Virus record (IMG/VR): IMGVR_UViG_3300044513_000108
Location: 1-34,406 of that record
Direction: 5' to 3' (one strand)
DNA length: 34,406 nt
From: a virus
Taxonomy: Duplodnaviria > Caudoviricetes
Shown: in pieces, positions 1 through 7,233 of the stretch
Numbering within the stretch: the stretch's first letter is position 1
Layout: every line of letters begins with the position of its first letter
The notes under the pieces: model-generated
The model's input: the letters and a program-made list of their open reading frames with translations, nothing else
Database searches by the model: none
What the model was told of the DNA's origin: nothing
Translations under genes and position numbers: made by a program

Positions 1-367
1 ATAACTCCAGATACGATCCACCAGCCTCATGCTTAACGTCAACCTGCTGCCTATCGCCATAAACCTTAGGCACAAGCTTAGACGACCGCCACTTGATGTT
101 ATCGCAGATAGTTCTGTGTGCGCTCTCTGTGATCTGGCCTGACAGCAGCAAGCGATCCATCTCATCCAGCTTGTCAGCGTAGATCATGCCACGGCTTTGC
201 ATCGCCACACGATAGTTCTCAGCGAACTCTGTGTCCGAACAAACGCGCCGCCAGACGCTAGACCAACCCGGCATATCTTTGTCCTTACAAACATCGCGCC
301 CTGATCTGCCCTCAGTAACACGCTCCAAGAACTCTATCATTACGCTGTCTGGCGTTTTAGCTGACAT
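1..367 (-). CDS. terS: Terminase small subunit-like protein (3' truncated by window edge)
   Basis: Not in the ORF track. Manual translation from ATG at 367 gives MSAKTPDSVMIEFLERVTEGRSGRDVCKDKDMPGWSSVWRR...DNIKWRSSKLVPKVYGDRQQVDVKHEAGGSYLEL, open to the edge. The N-terminal HTH-like segment and KW..SKL.PK.YGD motif are typical of Sf6-like small terminases. Confidence 0.8.
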   Translation of the reverse strand, partial: MSAKTPDSVMIEFLERVTEGRSGRDVCKDKDMPGWSSVWRRVCSDTEFAENYRVAMQSRGMIYADKLDEMDRLLLSGQITESAHRTICDNIKWRSSKLVPKVYGDRQQVDVKHEAGGSYLEL

Positions 368-575
368 CGTCGTAATCCTCATCATCGAAATCTACGGTCA
401 AAACGTAACTGGTATTTTCGTCAATCAACAGCAACGCCTCATCGCAGTTACTACACACTATCGACTGCATCTTCTCAAACACTTTTCCTCGCGTCTGCGA
501 CAGGCAATAGTCACACGTCACCGGCTCGTCAAAGAACCAGACCCAGTGACGCTTGAACTCTAACACCTCACCCAT
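357..575 (-). CDS. Small zinc-ribbon-like hypothetical protein with acidic tail
   Basis: CDYC...CSNC Cys pairs and C-terminal DFDDEDYDD. Start placed at ATG 575 (MGEVLEF). Overlaps both neighbours in operon fashion. Confidence 0.65.
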   Translation of the reverse strand: MGEVLEFKRHWVWFFDEPVTCDYCLSQTRGKVFEKMQSIVCSNCDEALLLIDENTSYVLTVDFDDEDYDDVS

Positions 576-840
576 CTGTATCCACCAGCTCACCCGCGCA
601 GGCTAGATAGCCACAACCGTCAACATAATTGTCCTGATGATACGGATTGCCCTTCGCTCTTGCCATTTTAAGCAGCGTCATCATAACGCCAACATCAATA
701 GCCGTGACCTTGTGGTCTAAATGCTCAGACCAATACACCGCAATAGTGTTAAAATTTTTCTCCATATCACCGTGATCCGCCGCACGGTCGACCGTCACTT
801 TCTGTTTCGCGTCGTCTAAAACCTCAGCCCTTTTCATCAT
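568..840 (-). CDS. DUF6378-like phage protein
   Basis: DRAADHGD..NF..IA..WS...DV..MM.LLK.AR...H.DNYVD.CGY pattern is characteristic of this common phage family. Confidence 0.75.
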   Translation of the reverse strand: MMKRAEVLDDAKQKVTVDRAADHGDMEKNFNTIAVYWSEHLDHKVTAIDVGVMMTLLKMARAKGNPYHQDNYVDGCGYLACAGELVDTDG

Positions 841-994
841 CTCTACTCATTTCGTTAATCGTTAAATTACATACCAAGCACTCACGCTTGACCATCATTT
901 GCTCATTTACCAGCTTTGTCATTAGGCTCCGACACTTTGGGCATCTGTCCTGATCGAGCATACGCTGCCAGCTACCATCCCCCGCCTGAATCAT
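824..994 (-). CDS. Small zinc-finger hypothetical protein
   Basis: CPKC...CLVC. ATG at 994 is preceded by AAGGGAGG. Confidence 0.6.
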   Translation of the reverse strand: MIQAGDGSWQRMLDQDRCPKCRSLMTKLVNEQMMVKRECLVCNLTINEMSRDDEKG

Positions 995-1220
995 TATCCC
1001 TCCCCTTACTGAACGGCACCTCAACGCTTGCTATAGGCTCGTAGCCCCGCATAAGCTCCTTTGGCCATATATCTACCCTAACGCCATTGCCAACGCGCTG
1101 CACGTTCACTGTGAGCGTCCTAACGTCAACCCAAGTGGACGTGCCGAGAAGCATGTATTCCCTATCCTTCAGCACGTCGTCACGCTCGTTGTCGATATCT
1201 TCCATCCGAACCCCACTCAA
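972..1220 (-). CDS. Hypothetical protein
   Basis: 82-aa ORF tiled between neighbours. Start overlaps the upstream stop. Confidence 0.55.
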   Translation of the reverse strand: MSGVRMEDIDNERDDVLKDREYMLLGTSTWVDVRTLTVNVQRVGNGVRVDIWPKELMRGYEPIASVEVPFSKGRDNDSGGGW

Positions 1221-1792
1221 AACGGTATCTCGTCGTCTAGGTTAGCCGGAACCGGCTTTACGCTCACAACCTCAGCTCCGGCAAACGCATTCTTTATAGC
1301 ATCAACCACAGGTGCCTCTTTATTCAACCCCTCAATGATACGCCCTACCTCATCGACAGAATACACGACCATCTCACGATTGTCGCGCTTTACCTTGCCC
1401 GCCTCATATCCTGTCGCCGTAATAGCTATCACCCTACCGTCAGGCATCCTGCCCTCGATGTAGTCGCCTGTCAGCGGCTTCGCGCCAGCAGCTGTGGCGG
1501 CAGCCTCTAACGCCGCCACACCACGCAACGTCACTTCAACCTCATGCTCAATCGACGGATCGCATTTATCTATCGCCGCATTGAGCCTATCCATCTGCTG
1601 TTCAAACCTGTCACGCAGGTCACCACCAACCAACCACACCAGCCGATCTACACCCCATCGCCCCTCAACCTCCGACACGACATCATCATACCTATGCAAC
1701 GCGTCCTGCATCCGACGCATTGCTGGCTGAGTAGGCTGATAGTAAACCTTACTAGGTTTTGGCCTCGGCCTCGTTGTCTTTTTAGTCGCCAT
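1217..1792 (-). CDS. Conserved phage replication-region protein with SSB-like acidic C-terminus (LDDEIPF)
   Basis: ATG 1792 follows GGAGG. Contains a WGVDRL helical region and ends in DDEIPF. Confidence 0.75.
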   Translation of the reverse strand: MATKKTTRPRPKPSKVYYQPTQPAMRRMQDALHRYDDVVSEVEGRWGVDRLVWLVGGDLRDRFEQQMDRLNAAIDKCDPSIEHEVEVTLRGVAALEAAATAAGAKPLTGDYIEGRMPDGRVIAITATGYEAGKVKRDNREMVVYSVDEVGRIIEGLNKEAPVVDAIKNAFAGAEVVSVKPVPANLDDEIPF

Positions 1793-1810
1793 TACACCCT
1801 CCATTTTTAC

Positions 1811-1912
1811 CTTCCGTTTCCGCTTTCCGAATATCCGTCCGGTTCCTAAAGGAAACCGGATCGGACGGACATTCCGAAGTGATCCGACGGACGTTCCGAT
1901 CGGAATCGGATA
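1811..1912. repeat. Putative replication origin: dense TCCG/CGGA iterons with inverted repeat
   Basis: 14 copies of TCCG or CGGA in about 100 bp, with imperfect palindrome TCCGGTTCCT-AA-AGGAAACCGGA. Non-coding and immediately downstream of the primase-helicase. Confidence 0.6.
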
Positions 1913-1914
1913 TG

Positions 1915-3774
1915 CTATGTTAACTCTTTGTTTTCGTTAATTAGCCACACTGTCCACTTGTCTGCACCTACCAATCCCTTCTTGATTAGTGCCGTCCGGT
2001 CATCTCCGCGCCTTTTTGGGTCTTTATCGGGCAATTTTCCGCCGTGTGCATCCGCCCATTCACGCGACGGAACGCGGTCTCTGCCGGTGTCTATAATGAC
2101 ATTTCTGAGCGCCTCAAGGGCTATCTTCTGATCCGCATTGAGTGGCTTCGACCGCTTTATCCGCGCCGCCTCATCGCCATCCAGCCTCGTCAGCACCACA
2201 GATGATCCTGATATAGATGCAATCGGCGTCATCTCCAGCGTGATATCGGCCATAGGCTCGGCATCCTTTTGCTTCTCAACGCGCATCGTTATGTAGCTTT
2301 CGTCCTTAGACACCACCACAGACGTGTCTACAGCGCCAAGGATGGCCGACGACCCCCTTGCCCCGCGCTCCGCCGCCTTACCGCTGTGATGCACAAACAC
2401 GACCGCACACTGCACATGATTGCGAATAGCGTCAGCCGCAGATATAACTAACCCGCTTTCGGTCGAGCTATTCTCGTCAGCCCCCAGCATTGCCCGCGCC
2501 AATGTGTCGATATATACCGCCGTCCACTTCCTATCCAGCCTGTCGATTGACCGGATTAGTTTCTCAACCTCAGCCTGATCGCGCATGTTTACGGCCAGAG
2601 GCAACATGTGAAAGTGACCGCTTGTGCCTAATCCGTGCGTTGACTTCCACGCCTTAACGCGCTTACCAAGCCCGCCCACGCCCTCACCGGCTATGTAAAG
2701 CACGTCGCCCTGCTTGGTCTCAATGCCCTGCCATTCGATGCCGTGCGCCTGACACAGCGCCATATCCAGACTGATAAAACTCTTGCCGCTTCCCGGCGGG
2801 CCGTAGATCATACTCAAGCCGTGCGCCGTGATTAGCCCATCGTCACCCTCACCGACCGCCCACTCGATTGGCGGCATGTTCATCAGGTAGTCCTCGTCAA
2901 CGAAATCGAAGTAATCGCCGTCATTATTATCGTTGTTATAATCCTCCGCCTCAACCTCAACCACCGGAGCCTCAGCCACAACCACGGCAGCCTTCACCGC
3001 TGCCGTCAAATCTTCTAAGCCCTTGCCGCTGTCGAGCCAGTCAACGACATCGCCCTTGGCCGGTAGGCCGTCCAGCTCCACCCGCTTTACCCGACCGGCG
3101 ACGCCAAACAGGTTGCCGATCACGATATCCGCATGTTCGCGGCCCGCGTCGTCATTGTCAGCAAGCACCACGACATTGCGTCCAGCGAAATACTGGTTCA
3201 ATACCGGCTGCCACTTCTTGGCACCACCGTGAGACGTTGTGGCGACTAGCCCCAGCTTAGTCAGCCGCTGTGCCGCCTTCTCGCCTTCCACAATAAATAT
3301 TGGCGCGTCAGGGTTGGTGATTATGTGGTGCAGGTTATACGGTAACGCCTCGACGCCATCCATATTAAAGAGCCAGCCACCCTTACCATCTGGCCGACAC
3401 TGCCTAAACGTCTTCGGCTCAAACCGCCTGACCTGATAGCGCACCTCGCCCTGATCGTCGATATAGTCGTACACCGCTGACATAAACCGCGCTGGCTGTA
3501 ACGACTGCTGCGCCTGACGCTGTATGCCGAACTTTCGCTCCAATATCTCAGGTATGTTGCTGGCGATTGTGGCGCCCTCGTTCATCCGCACCAAATCCAC
3601 ACAGCCACCGCCCTCGTTTGTCTCAAAGTCAAACCAAGTGCCTTTGCCCAGATGCACCTCGCGTGAGCCTCTGTTGCCAAAACGGAGCGTCCGGCCTTTT
3701 TGCGACAGCTTCATATTGGGTTCACCCCAATAGTGCCGCGCTATTTGCTCAATGTGAGCTGATATATTTGTCAT
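1915..3774 (-). CDS. Primase-helicase: TOPRIM domain fused to RecA-like/AAA_25 (RepA-type) helicase
   Basis: TOPRIM motifs IVEGEKAA and LADNDDAG, Walker A GPPGSGKS, Walker B VYIDTLAR, and VHHSGK...RGSSA. Start at 3774 overlaps the upstream TGA (ATGA). Confidence 0.9.
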   Translation of the reverse strand: MTNISAHIEQIARHYWGEPNMKLSQKGRTLRFGNRGSREVHLGKGTWFDFETNEGGGCVDLVRMNEGATIASNIPEILERKFGIQRQAQQSLQPARFMSAVYDYIDDQGEVRYQVRRFEPKTFRQCRPDGKGGWLFNMDGVEALPYNLHHIITNPDAPIFIVEGEKAAQRLTKLGLVATTSHGGAKKWQPVLNQYFAGRNVVVLADNDDAGREHADIVIGNLFGVAGRVKRVELDGLPAKGDVVDWLDSGKGLEDLTAAVKAAVVVAEAPVVEVEAEDYNNDNNDGDYFDFVDEDYLMNMPPIEWAVGEGDDGLITAHGLSMIYGPPGSGKSFISLDMALCQAHGIEWQGIETKQGDVLYIAGEGVGGLGKRVKAWKSTHGLGTSGHFHMLPLAVNMRDQAEVEKLIRSIDRLDRKWTAVYIDTLARAMLGADENSSTESGLVISAADAIRNHVQCAVVFVHHSGKAAERGARGSSAILGAVDTSVVVSKDESYITMRVEKQKDAEPMADITLEMTPIASISGSSVVLTRLDGDEAARIKRSKPLNADQKIALEALRNVIIDTGRDRVPSREWADAHGGKLPDKDPKRRGDDRTALIKKGLVGADKWTVWLINENKELT

Positions 3775-4592
3775 TCGATACACTCCCCTTCATCTCCTTG
3801 GCAGAAATAGCCCTCCTCATCAAAGACCCAATCTTGTTGCCTTTGGGCAAAATCCACAAACTCAGCCAAGTTCCTACCCTTACGAAATGTTGATCCAACC
3901 TCTTTTTCCATACGCACCCACCAGTCAACTCTATCTGGATGCTGCTTCGCCATTGACGCTAATATTGATTCACTTTTTAAGAAACAAAAGTCGCAATTGC
4001 CTTTCGGCGTCTTGTTGTCGGCATTGCCAAGTCTCAAATCAAAATTCTGCTTGCGCCAAAACTCACCAATATCTTTTTTGCTTACACCGGAATCAAGTAA
4101 TGGATACCAATAAGACCAACGATCCTTGCTGTCTGTCTTCGCTCGGTGATGCTCGTCTGCCCTTATACCAACGGCGGCTGACCAGTTCTTCCAACCAAGC
4201 TCTTTAACTAAATACCTTTTCATTGGCAGAATCTTTAACTCTGTGGTGCAAAACCTAGCAGCAATATTGGGCAGGTATTTCTTTGCCCTGATAAGCACCT
4301 CAAATGGCTCACCTGTTTTGTTAGCGCCCTGATGATCTGTGACGCGATAGCCAGCCTTTCCGTCAGGTCTGTCGTACTCAATCCAAGTGATTGGCACTCC
4401 CCATTTTTCTTCGCACTCATGCACAAAGTCTAAAGTCTCCGGCATCTCTCTGCCAGTGTTCGCAAACATAACTTGGCAGCGATCTGGCAAATCACCATTC
4501 GCTTGCAGTATGCTATGCAACATGAAGGCGCTAGTTCTACCGCCGCTGAAGCTGATCTGCACGTTGCCCTGCGGCAACTCGTAATTGTTCAT
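3771..4592 (-). CDS. PAPS reductase family (PP-loop adenine nucleotide alpha-hydrolase) protein
   Basis: SFSGGRTS PP-loop, FANTGRE..ETLDF, RFCTTELKI.P, GIRADE..R, GNCDFCFLK. Confidence 0.85.
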   Translation of the reverse strand: MNNYELPQGNVQISFSGGRTSAFMLHSILQANGDLPDRCQVMFANTGREMPETLDFVHECEEKWGVPITWIEYDRPDGKAGYRVTDHQGANKTGEPFEVLIRAKKYLPNIAARFCTTELKILPMKRYLVKELGWKNWSAAVGIRADEHHRAKTDSKDRWSYWYPLLDSGVSKKDIGEFWRKQNFDLRLGNADNKTPKGNCDFCFLKSESILASMAKQHPDRVDWWVRMEKEVGSTFRKGRNLAEFVDFAQRQQDWVFDEEGYFCQGDEGECIE

Positions 4593-4599
4593 AACTAAA

Positions 4600-4679
4600 C
4601 CCTTTCCTGCCCCTTTGTCCCTTTGTTAAAGCGGCCACGACGGCTAGGGAAAGGGAGGGAAACCCTAACCGCCGTGACC
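4600..4679 (-). promoter_or_regulatory. Structured mRNA leader: 17-bp hairpin with pyrimidine loop, followed by AAAGGG repeats/RBS
   Basis: Minus strand GGTCACGGCGGTTAGGG-TTTCCCTCCCTTT-CCCTAGCCGTCGTGGCC pairs fully with G-U wobbles. Followed by AAAGGGACAAAGGGGCAGGAAAGGG. Confidence 0.6.
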
Positions 4680-4686
4680 TCCCGCG

Positions 4687-5328
4687 CTAAAACAGGTCGC
4701 TGCCCGCCACTGGAGCTGCCGAGGTGGCAACAGCTTCCATTGCAGGCGCAGACACTGTCGGCGCAGGTTCTTGCGGTGCTGCTGCACCGTCTAAGGTTGC
4801 CGGACGGTCAACCCAACCGGAGATAACCATCACCGGCTTCTTAAAAGTCAATTCACCATTTGGCGTGTTAACCTTGTAACGCTCAGAGCCGGTAAACTCA
4901 ACGACCGGCACCTTGCCCGCATTGTCGGCCTTCTGAGCCTCGTATGCGTTGTGTAAGTCGTTCATTGGAATAGTCATAGTCTTTGCACCGCTGCTCAACT
5001 CACGCAGCCCCAGCTCCTTGTTGCATAGCTTGACCTGAAACCCCTGATTGTGGTCAGGGCTTGGACGTGCTGGCATTGGCTCACCAATGTTGACCAGATG
5101 AAAGTCTGGCGCACCACCAACAAAGCCGAGCCAGCCGACTTTGATGTTCTCAAGATCCATCGCAACCTTGACCGGATACTCCAGCTCGGATTCATCCTTC
5201 ACCCAAGTGCCGCCCTCATCTTGGTGCCTATCCACCTTAATGATGTAACCGCCACGCGTGTCATATTTCAAAATCGGCACGATTGTTGAACCGTCACCGC
5301 CATTTTCATTTACAAAACCTAAAGCCAT
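4687..5328 (-). CDS. Putative single-stranded DNA-binding protein
   Basis: Beta-rich core ending FKKPVMVISGWVDRP, Pro/Ala linker and terminal DLF. Located in the replication operon. Confidence 0.55.
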   Translation of the reverse strand: MALGFVNENGGDGSTIVPILKYDTRGGYIIKVDRHQDEGGTWVKDESELEYPVKVAMDLENIKVGWLGFVGGAPDFHLVNIGEPMPARPSPDHNQGFQVKLCNKELGLRELSSGAKTMTIPMNDLHNAYEAQKADNAGKVPVVEFTGSERYKVNTPNGELTFKKPVMVISGWVDRPATLDGAAAPQEPAPTVSAPAMEAVATSAAPVAGSDLF

Positions 5329-5357
5329 TTTACGTTTCCTTTTTCGTTTTCAGCTTT

Positions 5358-5786
5358 TCAAAATTGGCTCACAACCGTGAACCCCTCAATTGGATAGTAG
5401 GCACAAACGTCACGATCTTGCGGATCGCCTCGGTCTGACCTACCACCAATATTGACAGAGAACTCGCTGGCAAAGTTTATCCTCACCAATGCGTCCTTGT
5501 ACAATACGATAAAATACGACGGCAAATTCGTGCAAGCGCTAATATCATGCGCCTTGACCACCTTGGCCAAGGATATCATTGCCGTAGGGTACTTATTCAT
5601 CTCAACCGTTCTGGCTTTCAACTCAGCAAAGCCCACAACCTTGTCTAACTCATCCTCAATAATGGCGAAGTCGAGCTTGTATTGCAGCGGCAACTTCACC
5701 AGCGTGTAGCCCTTTTCCGCCAGTAAGTCAGCCACACGCTGTTCGTTGTTGCGGTCGGCTTGTGTCTCATACATTGGCCTAGCCAT
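5358..5786 (-). CDS. PD-(D/E)xK-fold nuclease-like protein
   Basis: NEQRVA...YKLDFAII...FAELKAR fits the E..D..ExK catalytic pattern. Start overlaps the MTase stop region. Confidence 0.6.
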   Translation of the reverse strand: MARPMYETQADRNNEQRVADLLAEKGYTLVKLPLQYKLDFAIIEDELDKVVGFAELKARTVEMNKYPTAMISLAKVVKAHDISACTNLPSYFIVLYKDALVRINFASEFSVNIGGRSDRGDPQDRDVCAYYPIEGFTVVSQF

Positions 5787-6786
5787 TGTGCGCCTCCTTG
5801 ATAGCCCACAATATCCGCGCCGCCACCGGAGGCACGATGCTATTCCCTAACTGTCTAAGTCTGTGTATCCGACCGGGTACCCCATTAGCCACTCGACCCA
5901 CTGCGGGTTCAGGCTCCCACCAACGGCATTGGGCAGGGTATCCTTCGGGTTGCCCTTGCGCTCCTGCCTGCCCTTCCCCGACATTCCCTTGTAATCCCTC
6001 GCCGCTGGCGTTGGATACATCTTCACTTGCGTCGGTAGCTCTATGCCCCTCTTTTGCCCACTCCCTCGGCGACGCACCGTCGAATTGTTCTCCACTAAAT
6101 CCAGCGCCCTGTTTCGCCTCTGTACCGCTGTCGGCGTTGCCCATAGCTTCGGCTCCTGCGCCTCCTGCCACTTCCTGACCGTCTCTGGGTCTACCTGTTC
6201 CCGCAGATTGCTCGGCAAAGCCCTGCCCTTCCGGTGGCCTTCCGCCATCTTCTTGAGGCTCTCCTCTGACCTCTGCGGCAGATGATCCATCGCGTTTGGC
6301 GTAGCCCACAATCCAGCATCTGTCTCTGCGGTGGTAGGCATCCGCACCGACAGCCGGAATAACAAAGCACCTTGTTTGGTATCCTTCGGCTTCCAAGTCA
6401 GATAGCACCTCGTCGAGGCCCATAGAGATGTGGCCAGCAACGTTTTCTCCACAAACCCAAGTCGGCCTGACAGCTTGGATAATTCTAAGCATTTCCGGCC
6501 AGAGGTGTCGGTCATCCTTATCGCCTCGTCTGACCCCGGCGAGCGAGAAGGGCTGGCAAGGATATCCGCCACAAATAATGTCAACTGATCCTCTGAATCT
6601 TTCTGCGTCATTAGCTAACTCCCTCACGTCATCAATTATCTCTGTGTCAGGCCAATGCTTACGCAAGACCTTCTGTGCGTGTTTATCATACTCGCAAAAC
6701 GCGACTGTCTCATAGCCACCCACCAGCTTTTCGCCAGCGTAGCTAAAGCCGCCAATGCCACTAAATAGGTCAAGCATCCTGAGCAT
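5779..6786 (-). CDS. dcm: DNA (cytosine-5)-methyltransferase, alpha-like polypeptide (motifs I-VIII and X)
   Basis: LDLFSGIGG (I), CE.D (II), GGYPCQPFS (IV), ENV (VI), HRRDRCWIVG (VIII), RLRQLGNSIV (X). The VIII-X interval is low-complexity G/E/A with no motif IX. Confidence 0.92.
   Translation of the reverse strand: MLRMLDLFSGIGGFSYAGEKLVGGYETVAFCEYDKHAQKVLRKHWPDTEIIDDVRELANDAERFRGSVDIICGGYPCQPFSLAGVRRGDKDDRHLWPEMLRIIQAVRPTWVCGENVAGHISMGLDEVLSDLEAEGYQTRCFVIPAVGADAYHRRDRCWIVGYAKRDGSSAAEVRGEPQEDGGRPPEGQGFAEQSAGTGRPRDGQEVAGGAGAEAMGNADSGTEAKQGAGFSGEQFDGASPREWAKEGHRATDASEDVSNASGEGLQGNVGEGQAGAQGQPEGYPAQCRWWEPEPAVGRVANGVPGRIHRLRQLGNSIVPPVAARILWAIKEAHNG
5847..6611 (-). CDS. Nested +1-frame ORF: putative MTase beta polypeptide (TRD-like repeats plus motif IX)
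   Basis: 254-aa ORF entirely inside dcm with its own GGGAG SD 7 nt before the ATG. Contains LWATP/LWATP/MYPTP..RDYKG repeats and C-terminal LNPQWVEWLMGYP resembling motif IX. Confidence 0.75.
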   Translation of the reverse strand: MTQKDSEDQLTLFVADILASPSRSPGSDEAIRMTDTSGRKCLELSKLSGRLGFVEKTLLATSLWASTRCYLTWKPKDTKQGALLFRLSVRMPTTAETDAGLWATPNAMDHLPQRSEESLKKMAEGHRKGRALPSNLREQVDPETVRKWQEAQEPKLWATPTAVQRRNRALDLVENNSTVRRRGSGQKRGIELPTQVKMYPTPAARDYKGMSGKGRQERKGNPKDTLPNAVGGSLNPQWVEWLMGYPVGYTDLDS

Positions 6787-6789
6787 ATC

Positions 6790-7233
6790 TCATTTCCTCG
6801 CCATCAAGTCGCGGCACACCATAATGAAGTCAGGCCAAGACAGTGTCGCCGTATAACGCCAGTCGTATGCCTCAGCCACGTCCTGAGCCAGTGGCCGCCC
6901 TAACCGCGCCAGTGCCTCGATGGGTATCCGCACGCTTATGTCCTGCCGGTCTAGCTTCCAGATCAGGCACGGCAGGCAGTCGTTAGGATTTCCTTCTGAC
7001 GTGCGGGCGGCGGTCATTATCTGATCCCACCAAGAAGATGACACGGCATTTTTATATCTTTTCAGTTCCAATAAAAACGGAAACGATGCGTCTGATGACG
7101 TCAGGTCTGCCAGATTTTTCATCTGATACTGCTCAAGGTTGCGCTTAAACTTTATGCCCAACTCATCGAACAACATGCCCGCGATCTGCCTTTCAAACGC
7201 TGCCCCTTTTGCACGCCCTCCACCGGCACGCAT
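6790..7233 (-). CDS. Holliday junction resolvase-like PD-(D/E)xK nuclease
   Basis: GRAKGAAFERQIA...ADL...LELKRYK is an Hjc-like pattern. TGATG coupling with the upstream gene. Confidence 0.75.
   Translation of the reverse strand: MRAGGGRAKGAAFERQIAGMLFDELGIKFKRNLEQYQMKNLADLTSSDASFPFLLELKRYKNAVSSSWWDQIMTAARTSEGNPNDCLPCLIWKLDRQDISVRIPIEALARLGRPLAQDVAEAYDWRYTATLSWPDFIMVCRDLMARK

Noticed and set aside
1805-1914. Possible CRISPR or mini-array
   Set aside because: The repeats are 4-6 bp with irregular spacing, with no repeat-spacer structure and no cas genes.
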